Virus record (IMG/VR): IMGVR_UViG_3300035458_000037
Location: 1-64,000 of that record
Length of the DNA: 64,000 nucleotides
Source of the DNA: a virus
Reading direction: 5' to 3' (one strand)
Positions 20,612 to 30,142 of the stretch are shown one piece after another. Under the pieces are notes generated by a model. That model did no database searches, was not told the DNA's origin, and was given only the letters and a program-made list of their open reading frames with translations. Positions within the stretch are counted from its first letter, which is position 1; each line of letters starts with the position of its first letter. A program made the translations under genes and the position numbers.

Positions 20612-22557
20612 ATAGATGTAGGCAATTATCTACAAGGAGATGCTGTGTCTAAAGAACAAATGCTTAACGATCCGTGGTGGCAAGCTTGGACCGATGAATT
20701 TTTAAATAGTAATACTTTTGAGTTAACAACTTCAATGAGTGATAATCTTGGTCTTTTCATAGTTAATTTATTAGTAATGGAAGTGCATGATTTACCACAA
20801 ACTCCAGAACAACAGAAATTATTTGATGAGAATTTTCTTGTTCAAATATTTTTATTAAAAGCAAAATATTATGAATTGGATATATCAGATCTAGCTATTT
20901 TATTGATAGCTGGTAATTGTTCTAATCCGGGAATGATTGTCATGTATGTTCATGCAATGCTAAGATTGCAAGATAAAATAAAAAAGAAAATTCATGTTCG
21001 AGATATTCTTAAAGTATACGAAAGTGGATTTCCTTCTGAGAAAACTTTGTATAATCTTTGGGAAAAGCAAAAATGTAAAATTAAAAATAATAAATTGGAT
21101 TCGTTCGACAACGAGAAAGGAGGGAGTATGCCAGATATATGAAATTTCACACAACAGCCAAATAGCATTATTTGCCGAATCAGTAAATCTAAGCGTTATG
21201 CGCTAATCAGTAATCGGAGGCAAGATGAAGATGCACAATTCGATAACCCCCGAAAGAATACTCGGGGCAGTCAAATCATCAATGTTCGATAACGAACACA
21301 TAGGATTCTGTGTGGCGTGCGGTGAGGAGTTCACCAATATCGAACCAGATTTACGTGAGGGCATATGTAAAATCTGCAAACAGCCCAAAGTATTTGGGGC
21401 AGAATCCATTCTTCCTTATTTATCGTAAGGAAGGATCACATGCCCAGACAAACAGCTTGCCGTAAAATTATGTCATTGGAATTGGAAATTCAATGGTATT
21501 CCACCGCCTTGTGTTACATGATGGCTTTGCGTGATTATTGTAAGCCAAGCGAAGTTGCGGTAGATTATGCTATTAAAATCATAGCACAATCTATTTGTTC
21601 ATGTTTTGGTGGAAGATTTACCTCTTTCTTTTCTCCTACTGATGTGGATCTTGAAAATTCGCGGTTAGGAACGAAAATAGGAGATAAATATCGTTTCGTT
21701 ATGTGTCTTGTTAATGTGTTTGCAAAATTTAAAGATAAAGGCAAAAGAGATATTGTAGTAATGAATTTATTGACTAACGCGATAAATTCGGCAGGTAAAA
21801 TAAAGAGTAGTAAAAAGTGTATATTCATAACTATACTCTCTCACTTATATGCACTAACCAAATTTTATAGCAATTGTGATCAGGAATTAGGGCCAGATAA
21901 TATCTCTATAAAACCAATACGTGATATCTCTAATCTTATAGAGATGGTTATGTGTCGTGAATATGGAGGTAATGAAGCTATGGCAATTTCAACCGAAGCT
22001 GTTAAACTGTCAAGGCGGATATATGGCGAATAATATGCCCGTAAAGAATAAAAATGGCAAGGTTATAGTTAGATGCCCAGAGTGTGATTCGAAATGCACA
22101 AACCCTAAATCGACAGGATCTGGGTTGTCATGGGTATGTGAAACATGCGAAAATAAATTTGTAACCGGTAAGGTAAAACCAACCAAAGATATCGTGGATA
22201 GCTTAGTAGATAATGCTTTCCACATTTTTGATATCTTCAGCTAAACAAGGAGATGACATGTTAATATGTGATTGCGAAAAACGTAAGAAATATTTAATCA
22301 AGAGAATCAAAAAAGGTAAGTTTGTTAGAAAGAATAGAAAAATTAATGTTGAGTCTCGTTTGTTTATGATGTTTCTTGAAATTAACATCAGGTATGAGAT
22401 TAGTAAATTTAGAAATCTTATAACATATAATATTGAGAAGAAGAATCCTGATGATGTTCATAAGAAGATCTCTGGATTAACCAAGAGATTAATCAATTCA
22501 ATTTATCGGGCATCTATTGATGCAGAAAGATATACACCACTCGTAGCATAATCTATA

Positions 22558-22588
22558 GTGCCCAGATTATCTGGGCACCTTTTTTTAG
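22558..22588 (+). terminator. Intrinsic terminator
   Basis: GTGCCCAGAT-T-ATCTGGGCAC then T-run. Confidence 0.75.
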
Positions 22589-23246
22589 CCAATGCGAAGG
22601 AGATATATGGACAAAGAGATGACTTTCCAAGAGCTTTCTGATAAGGAGCGATCAGAAGCAATAGCTTTTCTTGGAACACAAATGATCCATGACATAGTTC
22701 ATGATAATTTTGCTGCCGAAAAAGTATCTGATAATAAATATTGGTTAGATACAATACTTAGGGTAAAGCAAGAGTTAGGGAATTGTGAAGGTGATTCTGA
22801 TTTAATACATGGTTTGTATGTTAGCGCATATACATTATGCAGTAATGAGATTATTTCATATTTAGTAAAAAATATTATACCTAACACAACGTTTTCAAGG
22901 AGATTTATTGATACGAGATCTATTCCAGTTACACCGAATGTAAATGCAAGGGATAATTAAATGATCAAAAATATTGAACTACCCAAAGATCCTATCAACG
23001 AAGTTTATTGTGATGTCTGCAAAGAACTCGTTGAAATCACCGGGATTCCCGATGATGAAAAACCTGTGTTACAAAAAGAGATGTCAGCCCTCCTCTCGAT
23101 TGCTTGCGGAAAAAATAGTAAGTATGAAGGATTATTCACAAATATCCATTTCTGTAACACATGTGCCGATAAATTAATATATTTACTTTCAGAAGAACTT
23201 GGGTTAGAATTATCTTCTGAAGATGCATTTGAGGGAGCGGAATAAT

Positions 23247-23597
23247 ATGTCTGACGGTAGCAGTAATCTCATATCTGATTCGATCCAGGATGTTACTGAA
23301 GAAATATTCAGTAGACTCACTTTCCCAGATTTTCCTTTTGAATTCGTAATTTCAAAAGAAGAAACGTGGGAAGGTATATGGATTTATAGGATTTATCATC
23401 CTATGGGTAAACTTCACAAGTCAATAAGTGAAAGAGAGTTTACTCGATTAAGATATAGAATGATTTCTGCTACCGAGGCATTCAACGGAAATGATCATCT
23501 ATACGCAAAAATCAAACTTAACGATTTAGTGAAAGAATGGGAGTTTCATTATGGAGATGAAGTCAAAAATTTCAAGTGCAATAATGATACAAATTGA
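23247..23597 (+). CDS. Hypothetical protein (paralog of the next ORF)
   Basis: SISEREFTRLRY versus SLNQKEFSRLRY. Confidence 0.65.
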   Translation: MSDGSSNLISDSIQDVTEEIFSRLTFPDFPFEFVISKEETWEGIWIYRIYHPMGKLHKSISEREFTRLRYRMISATEAFNGNDHLYAKIKLNDLVKEWEFHYGDEVKNFKCNNDTN

Positions 23598-23865
23598 AAT
23601 ACCGCTTCATCCTGCAATTTTTATTGGGATGAAAAAAGATGGAACTAATGAAATTCAAATACCAGAAATGAAATATCGTGAATCCTTAAATCAAAAAGAA
23701 TTTTCTAGATTACGTTATATAGCAATGTCTACCGAAGCTGCTTTGAAGGTTGGTAGTAAGCATTATATTGATCTCAAACAATGTGAATTGATGAAAGCTC
23801 TAATGCCATACATTACTAAAAGTTACAACGGAGGAAAGAGTGTTCAAGTTAATCCCACTGCATGA
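23584..23865 (+). CDS. Hypothetical protein (paralog of the preceding ORF)
   Basis: Shared EFxRLRY...(S/T)TEA block. Confidence 0.65.
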   Translation: MIQIEIPLHPAIFIGMKKDGTNEIQIPEMKYRESLNQKEFSRLRYIAMSTEAALKVGSKHYIDLKQCELMKALMPYITKSYNGGKSVQVNPTA

Positions 23866-24292
23866 TCATATTGATATGTCACAATATCGATATGCTACAA
23901 AGCTATCCTCTGGCATCGATCTTCGTGCTAACCTGCTGGGGATGGAGTTGGAACCTCCAGGGGAACTACTGGTCTGGATCAATCAGCCTATCGTTGTGCC
24001 TACTGGTCTTACGTGTCAATTTCGGAACCGAGATATTGAAGCCCAGGTGCGCTCACGGGGAGGTCTTGCTGCCAAGCATGGCGTCTTCGTCCTGAACTCC
24101 CCCGGAACGATTGATGCGGATTATGAAGGAGAAATCAAAATAATACTTTGCAATACTATGAATGTTCCATTTAAGATTAAGCATGGAGATAGAATTGCTC
24201 AATTAGTAATTGCTCCGATTATAAGAATTCCTGAATATATGTCTGATCGTTATCGTGGAGAAGGACATCTTAGTTCCACAGGTATATCATAA
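23840..24292 (+). CDS. dut: Trimeric dUTPase
   Basis: GIDL, RSRGG, GTIDADYEG, RIAQL, RGEGHLSSTG motifs. Confidence 0.95.
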   Translation: MFKLIPLHDHIDMSQYRYATKLSSGIDLRANLLGMELEPPGELLVWINQPIVVPTGLTCQFRNRDIEAQVRSRGGLAAKHGVFVLNSPGTIDADYEGEIKIILCNTMNVPFKIKHGDRIAQLVIAPIIRIPEYMSDRYRGEGHLSSTGIS

Positions 24293-24500
24293 TGATTAAA
24301 CCTCAATTTAGTGTTAGAATGTTTAAATCTTTGGGGATTGAGGAATGGCAAAAAGAAGATAGACGTGTAGCTGACAATCTTGGAACGAAAGGGAAGATTA
24401 TGCGCAAGGACGTTTCACTTGAGGTGGTGGAAGCCCTTCTACATGATGCTCTTTTGTATCGAGATATATATGACGCAAACTTTCATTTAGAGGGAGCACC

Positions 24501-25073
24501 ATGCGAATTGGTTTCTGTTATAAACAGCGAGCCGGTAAAGACACAGCAGCCGACTATCTTATCAATCTGACAGGCGGCATTAAACTGAAGTTTGCAGATC
24601 CCTTGTATGAACTAGAATCACATTGCTATAAATTCATGGGACTTGGAAATCCTGAATCTTACGATAAGAGTTCTCGTCGTATTTTCTTACAATTCATAGC
24701 TACCGATTGGGCACGAAGATTAGATCCAGATGTTTTTGTTAAAAAAATGTATATTAGATTACAGCAAATGAATATGATGTGCCCTGTGTTATTCTCAAGT
24801 AAAGAATGTGAAACCAATTTATTTATTAGTGACGTAAGATTTCCAAATGAATTTCATATGCTTAGGAACAATGGATTTATTCTTGTGAAAATCAATAGAG
24901 ATGAAGCGTTGCGTGTAGCAGCAGGTGCAGTTAGTTTGGATCATAAGTCAGAAACTCTACTTGACGCATATCCAGATGAAGCATTTGATTATGTGATTGA
25001 TAACAATGGAACCTTCAAGGATTTCTATTTTAAGATAGACGAAATGTTAAACTATATAGGAGTGCAAAAATAG
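24501..25073 (+). CDS. Deoxynucleoside monophosphate kinase (T4 gp1-like)
   Basis: AGKDTAA P-loop, KFADPL, ISDVRFPNE, HKSET. Confidence 0.85.
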   Translation: MRIGFCYKQRAGKDTAADYLINLTGGIKLKFADPLYELESHCYKFMGLGNPESYDKSSRRIFLQFIATDWARRLDPDVFVKKMYIRLQQMNMMCPVLFSSKECETNLFISDVRFPNEFHMLRNNGFILVKINRDEALRVAAGAVSLDHKSETLLDAYPDEAFDYVIDNNGTFKDFYFKIDEMLNYIGVQK

Positions 25074-25091
25074 CCAATTTCCTGTTATAAG
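25064..25091 (+). promoter_or_regulatory. Conserved phage promoter
   Basis: GCAAAA...TGTTATAAG. Confidence 0.65.
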
Positions 25092-25166
25092 ATATTTGAT
25101 AGCAATAATGCTATTATCTCCCCTGCGATCAGGGGCCTTTGTGCCTAAGGGCACGCGGAGGATGTA

Positions 25167-26126
25167 ATGCGCCAGGAAATCGAATTCAGCTTGTATGATA
25201 TGATCGACATCTCTAACAGGATGGGCAAGGATTGGGATATCAGCGAAAGGCTGATCAAGCCAGTATTGGAATTGTGTGACAAGGTTAGTAACAAATATAT
25301 TACCTTGCGGTCAGGTCATAGTATCTATCGTTTCACCGCAGTTGGTGGATGTTTGGTTTTGGACATCAATCAGGATGAACTAGTTAGAATGAAATTGCAG
25401 TCAAAAGATGCGCAGGAAAAAATTGACAAACTCACCAAAGAAAAAGGTGAAGAAATGAAGAAGTGTAAGAAAGAAGACATCGATAAAGTAACAAATAAGT
25501 TTGATGAAAAAATCAAGAAGGTGATGGAAGAAAGCGGAAAGGATGGAGAAGAATATAACAAAGCTGTGGAAGCGTTTGACGAAGAAATATTCAAGATTCC
25601 ACAGATTGCTGCGAAGTTGATAGAAGTGTTTGGGCCAGTTCTTCATAGTTTCCTGGTGCCCAGCCCCATGATTCCTTCTCAGCCGGAGGCACCCAAAGCT
25701 GAAGCGCCTAAGCCTGAGGCTAAGCCCGAAGCACCCAAGGCTGAAACAGAGCATATGGTTCCGCCATATGAAGATCGAAAATCTTTTGCCGAAACCGCAA
25801 GGGATAACATGAATGAAGTTCTCAAGAAATTTGATACCAACAAACAAAAAGATTTTGGAATTGTTCTAGCGTTGAGAATGGTAACTGTGGAAAATTTAAT
25901 GAAAACCAATAACTCCACATTTTGGCAAATCATTCAATGGAATGCCGATGTTGCAAAAGGAATTATCAAAGAAGAAGAGATCTATGCCAAAAGCTGCGCC
26001 ATTGCAACTCACTTTCTGAGAGCCTCTGATGCTCATTTATCCGAAGAATTAGTTGGCCAAATCTCCAAGGATTTTGGAAACAGGATGGTGGAAATCCATT
26101 ACGAAGAACAAAGGAAAGCAGCATAA
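25167..26126 (+). CDS. Hypothetical protein with coiled coil and PEAPKAE linker
   Basis: 319-aa ORF, GGAGG RBS. Confidence 0.8.
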   Translation: MRQEIEFSLYDMIDISNRMGKDWDISERLIKPVLELCDKVSNKYITLRSGHSIYRFTAVGGCLVLDINQDELVRMKLQSKDAQEKIDKLTKEKGEEMKKCKKEDIDKVTNKFDEKIKKVMEESGKDGEEYNKAVEAFDEEIFKIPQIAAKLIEVFGPVLHSFLVPSPMIPSQPEAPKAEAPKPEAKPEAPKAETEHMVPPYEDRKSFAETARDNMNEVLKKFDTNKQKDFGIVLALRMVTVENLMKTNNSTFWQIIQWNADVAKGIIKEEEIYAKSCAIATHFLRASDAHLSEELVGQISKDFGNRMVEIHYEEQRKAA

Positions 26127-26130
26127 TAAA

Positions 26131-26166
26131 AGCAATCCCCCATTCACATGGATGGGGGATTGTTTT
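26131..26166. terminator. Bidirectional terminator
   Basis: AATCCCCCAT...ATGGGGGATT, flanked by A and T runs, between convergent genes. Confidence 0.8.
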
Positions 26167-26991
26167 TTACCTATGTATTATTCTTCTTATCAAATCTCTC
26201 ATTGAAGCTAGTTTTTCAAACCAGGGTTGATGTTCAATCTTTCCCCATCCAACAGTGATTTCACGAGCTTTCAAGGCAGCGATTGGATCATTGAGATTTA
26301 GATCAGGATGATACTTCTTCATAGCATCTCGGTATATTTTCTTAGCCTCTGCTTTGGTAGTTATTTGCGTATGGGATTTATTACCCCATTTCATAAAGAA
26401 AGATTCATGCTCATTATCTATGCTACCTGGCATAGGAGGTGGAGTATATTTCTTTCCGAAGTTTTGCCAATTTTCTTCTTTAAAACTATTCTTATTATAT
26501 TCTTGCCAATTCTCTTTTGCTTTCTGATCGTGATAATTATCCCAAAATGTCTTTTGTTTTCTTTCAAATTCTTGTCTTGATCTACTAGCATAATTTTCTT
26601 CTCTGGCTCTTGCACGTATTCTTTCAAGATTTCGTTCAGCGGTACTCAATTCATGTTCAGCCTTGTGCATGGCCATACCAAAGCCTACGCCACCCGCCAG
26701 GGCTCCCAGGCCAGCACCGATCCAGGCACCCGTATTCTCTTCCTTGGTATCGAATGCGCTACCAAGTAGGGCACCACCCAGGCCACCCACCACCGCCCCG
26801 CCCAGTGCGGCAAGCGGCACCGCAGATGCCATCTTGACTATCCCGCCAGATCGCTTAATCCCAGTAGCGATAGCTGTGCCCTCGCCACCGCCATTGCGCA
26901 GGATGGCATTAGCAATTTCAATGGCCTTCTTCCTGCGCCTTATAGATAAATTTTTCATTGAATTCGGGTAGTCGGTTTCTGTCCAGGGCAT
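26167..26991 (-). CDS. ChaB/YdaT-like N-domain + glycine zipper + DnaJ J-domain protein
   Basis: MPWTETDYPNSMKNL...KAIEIANAIL; GGAVVGGLGGALLG; KKIYRDAMKKYHPDLN (HPD). Confidence 0.75.
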   Translation of the reverse strand: MPWTETDYPNSMKNLSIRRRKKAIEIANAILRNGGGEGTAIATGIKRSGGIVKMASAVPLAALGGAVVGGLGGALLGSAFDTKEENTGAWIGAGLGALAGGVGFGMAMHKAEHELSTAERNLERIRARAREENYASRSRQEFERKQKTFWDNYHDQKAKENWQEYNKNSFKEENWQNFGKKYTPPPMPGSIDNEHESFFMKWGNKSHTQITTKAEAKKIYRDAMKKYHPDLNLNDPIAALKAREITVGWGKIEHQPWFEKLASMRDLIRRIIHR

Positions 26992-26993
26992 CT

Positions 26994-27278
26994 TTATTCC
27001 TCTTTTTTTTTAAAAGCGCCATGAAGGATTAGTGGTTCAACCGTGCTGAGGATACCACCATACATCGCGCCTTCTTTCAGTCCCTTGACAACCTTCTGCC
27101 GGAAGACAGGCCCCGCAGCATGCCGCGCCTTCCATGCCGCCAGACCAGCATCAGCCGCAGCGATACCCCCGGTCAGAGCTATTCCGCTGGCAAGATAAGG
27201 GTGCCGTTGCGCCCACCCACCTAGGCCGCCTTGTTGGTTGTTGTCTCTACTTTGGGCAGCCAGCTTTACAAGGCTCAT
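26994..27278 (-). CDS. Small protein with MSLVKLA N-terminal tag and hydrophobic Gly/Ala segments
   Basis: ATG at 27278 after AAGGGG. Confidence 0.7.
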   Translation of the reverse strand: MSLVKLAAQSRDNNQQGGLGGWAQRHPYLASGIALTGGIAAADAGLAAWKARHAAGPVFRQKVVKGLKEGAMYGGILSTVEPLILHGAFKKKEE

Positions 27279-27423
27279 GTTTCCCCTTCGCTTTTTTGAG
27301 TTCTTCCACATCATCGGCAAGCAACTCTTTAACTTCCCCCTGGATGTGTTTGAAAGTTTTATCGTCCTTAGTCATATGTTTGCTATCAACGATCATTTTC
27401 TTTGCCAACTTGATAATTCCCAT
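27247..27423 (-). CDS. 58-aa protein MGIIKLAKKM... (not in ORF track)
   Basis: Translated by hand; AGGAG RBS; shares the IKLA tag. Confidence 0.65.
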   Translation of the reverse strand: MGIIKLAKKMIVDSKHMTKDDKTFKHIQGEVKELLADDVEELKKAKGKHEPCKAGCPK

Positions 27424-27436
27424 GTCATCTCCTAAT

Positions 27437-27829
27437 TTAGATGTTTCTTATCGGAACGATAATTGGGGTAGGAGTAGAATTACGTTTTAAATAATTTTCA
27501 ACACCCGTAAATTCGTGTAATCTCTTTTTCAAAGAAGGATTATTTTCAATAGCTCTACTTTCTGCTTCGTAATTCCGTCTATCTTCAGCAACTCCAAGTC
27601 CTAATCCTAATCCAAGTATGCCTCCAATAGCTCCCCCAAATAACGCATTTTCTTTCTTCATCAAATGTCCTATGCCAGCACCTATTCCAGCGCCAGCAAG
27701 ACCACCTATCATTCCGTGGGAAAGATATTTACCCTTGATCGAATTGTAATGTGGTCGAACTTCATTTTCAATCGCTTCACCTTCTCTCAGGTGATGATAT
27801 AGATCAGTAGCCAATTTGATTAAACTCAT
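27437..27829 (-). CDS. Glycine-zipper protein with MSLIKLA tag
   Basis: GGLAGAGIGAGIG and GGAIGGILGLGLG. Confidence 0.75.
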   Translation of the reverse strand: MSLIKLATDLYHHLREGEAIENEVRPHYNSIKGKYLSHGMIGGLAGAGIGAGIGHLMKKENALFGGAIGGILGLGLGLGVAEDRRNYEAESRAIENNPSLKKRLHEFTGVENYLKRNSTPTPIIVPIRNI

Positions 27830-27969
27830 TTCTTCATCCCCCAATTCATGACAGTTTTATTTGGCTTCTTAGTCATTTCTGGCTTGAGCCTTTCTGTCAT
27901 AGGTAGAAGCCGAGGATCTTTCGGATTCTCAAATAGATTACTGGCTATTGCTAGTTTGATCAAGCTCAT
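27826..27969 (-). CDS. 47-aa protein MSLIKLAIASNLFENPKDP... (not in ORF track)
   Basis: Translated by hand; ATGA overlaps with both neighbours. Confidence 0.65.
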   Translation of the reverse strand: MSLIKLAIASNLFENPKDPRLLPMTERLKPEMTKKPNKTVMNWGMKK

Positions 27970-28682
27970 TTGGCTACCTGCACAGCTGTGAACATTACGG
28001 CGGCACCGCCGATGAAGTAACAGACCTTCTCTATCGTGCTTCTCTTTTTTTCTAAAGTTAGACTTTTGTTTAAGTCATCAATCATTGTTTGATTAGTTGT
28101 TACTTGTGATGTTTGTAGTTTGAAGTTTTTATCAAGATTTGTTATAGATATAGATTGTTGATTAATCAATGAATCCTTTGAAGCTACTTCTTTTTCAAGT
28201 GCTGATATTACTTCTCCATTTTTTGATAAATTAGTTTGAAAAATAGGATAATTTATTTTCCAACTTACAGCATCTGTAACTATTGCATATGTAGTATTAG
28301 TGCATATCATAAATCTATCGTTGAGAAAAGTTACTGTATCATCATTGTAATAAGTCTTAATCTGTTTAGTTACCTCTCCATTATTTTTAATAGGAGTAAC
28401 TACTACAGGTTTCTTCAATTTATTTAATTCACTCAATGCCTTAGATGCTATAGAATTAGCCTTATTAACGTTAGTCGTTAAATTAGCAATTTTTTGTTTA
28501 TCTTCCTGTGATACTTTCTGTCCTTCTTCAACAGACTTTGCTAAAGACTCCTTTTCGCTTTTCAAACTTTCTACTTTTTTGTTTAGATCAATCTTCTCCA
28601 TTTCGTATCCATAGATGAGTTTTGCACCCACCCCAAGGATAATCAGCAAAATGAACATAACAGTAGCGAAGGCTTTACTCAT
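27966..28682 (-). CDS. Membrane-anchored coiled-coil protein (spanin-like)
   Basis: N-terminal TM, long coiled coil, C-terminal hydrophobic segment; next to holin-like gene. Confidence 0.6.
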   Translation of the reverse strand: MSKAFATVMFILLIILGVGAKLIYGYEMEKIDLNKKVESLKSEKESLAKSVEEGQKVSQEDKQKIANLTTNVNKANSIASKALSELNKLKKPVVVTPIKNNGEVTKQIKTYYNDDTVTFLNDRFMICTNTTYAIVTDAVSWKINYPIFQTNLSKNGEVISALEKEVASKDSLINQQSISITNLDKNFKLQTSQVTTNQTMIDDLNKSLTLEKKRSTIEKVCYFIGGAAVMFTAVQVAK

Positions 28683-28944
28683 CTTTCTTCTCCTTACTAG
28701 ACGCCGACACTTCGGTTTTTTTATTGATGATTCCACTTGTGGTGCTGGCTCCAATAGCTCCACCCAACAAGAGCAACACTCCGCTATCTATTTTAATTCT
28801 TCGTAATACACAGATCATAACTAAGACCATGGTAGTTATATTCCAAAGATATCTAATAATACGATCACTTGAAATACATCCATCGTTGCCAGTAATACTA
28901 TTCTTTATTGTTTGAATAAAACCAGTGGCCATTAATATGTTCAC
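28675..28944 (-). CDS. Putative holin (two TM)
   Basis: GTG start after GGAGG; ISSDR motif, two TM segments, charged C-tail. Confidence 0.55.
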   Translation of the reverse strand: MNILMATGFIQTIKNSITGNDGCISSDRIIRYLWNITTMVLVMICVLRRIKIDSGVLLLLGGAIGASTTSGIINKKTEVSASSKEKKDE

Positions 28945-28979
28945 GACAGCCTCCGAAGTAAAAGTGTAACACCTCTTAC

Positions 28980-29007
28980 GCAAAAAGGAAGTAAAATTTG
29001 TTATAAT
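28980..29007 (+). promoter_or_regulatory. Conserved phage promoter
   Basis: GCAAAA...TGTTATAAT. Confidence 0.75.
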
Positions 29008-29140
29008 ATATATGTAGTGATTATATTTATCCGAGAGGAGGTGATTGGCAATGTGGCATCCGTTCTTATAGAAAGGTAAAACGCCAGAAGCGGGATTTTC
29101 CCGCTTCTCAACAGGATATTTTTTAGCAAGGAGAACGAAA

Positions 29141-29410
29141 GTGATCAAAAATATTATTACTCAATTAGTGAATATCGTTAGAGAAGATCCTGCTGAAATT
29201 TACAATAAAATTTACAATATGCGTGGAATAAGCACAAGGTCAAAAATAAGCATTATAGCCGCCTGTCTAAATGATCAAAAAAGTATTGATTTACACGATA
29301 AGGATTTGGAAACCCGATATCATGTAATCTATAGGATAATCAAGTCATTACGGAAAACAATTAATAAAAAAAATGGTTGCACATCTGAGGAGAGTGTGTC
29401 ACCGTTGTAG
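29141..29410 (+). CDS. Hypothetical protein
   Basis: AAGGAG RBS, GTG start. Confidence 0.6.
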   Translation: MIKNIITQLVNIVREDPAEIYNKIYNMRGISTRSKISIIAACLNDQKSIDLHDKDLETRYHVIYRIIKSLRKTINKKNGCTSEESVSPL

Positions 29411-29424
29411 TATGAGGCATTCTA

Positions 29425-29583
29425 ATGATTAAAAAGAAACCACATGTTTTTAGGCGACGGTTTATAACGATAAGAGTATCAATCCAAGAAAAAGAGATTC
29501 TCGTAAAAAAAGCCGAAAGTTTAAATAAGGATGTCTCTACGTATATTCGAGAGAAGCTCGAATTAACTAATAAGGAGATTTGA
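29425..29583 (+). CDS. 52-aa ribbon-helix-helix (CopG/MobC-like) protein (not in ORF track)
   Basis: FITIRVSIQEKEILVKKAESLNKDVSTYIREKL; stop overlaps the ssb ATG. Confidence 0.65.
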   Translation: MIKKKPHVFRRRFITIRVSIQEKEILVKKAESLNKDVSTYIREKLELTNKEI

Positions 29584-30065
29584 TGAGTAGTAATTCTTGT
29601 TTTCTGCACGGCTTTGTTGGTAAAGATTCGGAGTTGAAAATGACTCCGAGTGGAATGGCGTTGCTTTCTTTTAGTTTGGCTACTACAGAATCATGGAAAA
29701 CTCAGGCAGGTGAAAAGAAAGAGAAAACACAATGGCATCAGATTAAGGTTTGGGGGAAACAAGCTGAAGCTCTTGAGAAATATGTAAAAAAAGGTATTGA
29801 ACTTGTTGTTATGGGAAAGATTGAATATACGGAAGCTCCAGATAAAGACAATCCAAACAAAAAGGTTTATTTTACGAACATCATATCAGACAAGGTTGAT
29901 TTCTGTGGGAAGAGAGGTGATTCGTCTGGTCATAGAGAATCTCCAGATCCAGAACCGCCTGCGCATATTCAGGGACAATCAAACGGTGGCTCGGATGATC
30001 GTAGACAATCTAGTAGTGCTCCTGCTTCACAACCTAATTACGGAGACGAGGATATTCCATTTTGA
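29583..30065 (+). CDS. ssb: Single-stranded DNA-binding protein
   Basis: OB-fold (FSLAT...EKTQWH...WGKQAE) and acidic DEDIPF tail. Confidence 0.95.
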   Translation: MSSNSCFLHGFVGKDSELKMTPSGMALLSFSLATTESWKTQAGEKKEKTQWHQIKVWGKQAEALEKYVKKGIELVVMGKIEYTEAPDKDNPNKKVYFTNIISDKVDFCGKRGDSSGHRESPDPEPPAHIQGQSNGGSDDRRQSSSAPASQPNYGDEDIPF

Positions 30066-30100
30066 TATTTATACTAAACTTTGTAGATAAGTATTAAACA

Positions 30101-30128
30101 AAAACACCCACATGAATGTGGGTGTTTT
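30101..30128 (+). terminator. Intrinsic terminator
   Basis: AAAACACCCACAT-GA-ATGTGGGTGTTTT. Confidence 0.8.
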
Positions 30129-30142
30129 CGTTAGGAGCTTCA

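Larger units (their letters stand above)
20236..23245 (+). other. Run of small hypothetical CDS (20236..20595, 20645..21142, 21225..21428, 21440..22033, ~22023..22244, ~22258..22551, ~22607..22960, 22961..23245), several with CxxC pairs
   Basis: ORF track, RBSs and translational coupling. Confidence 0.6.

Noticed and set aside
25680-25746. DNA repeat in ORF 25167..26126
   Set aside because: It encodes a PEAPKAE low-complexity linker with varied codons; the single GGCACCCA match is probably chance.
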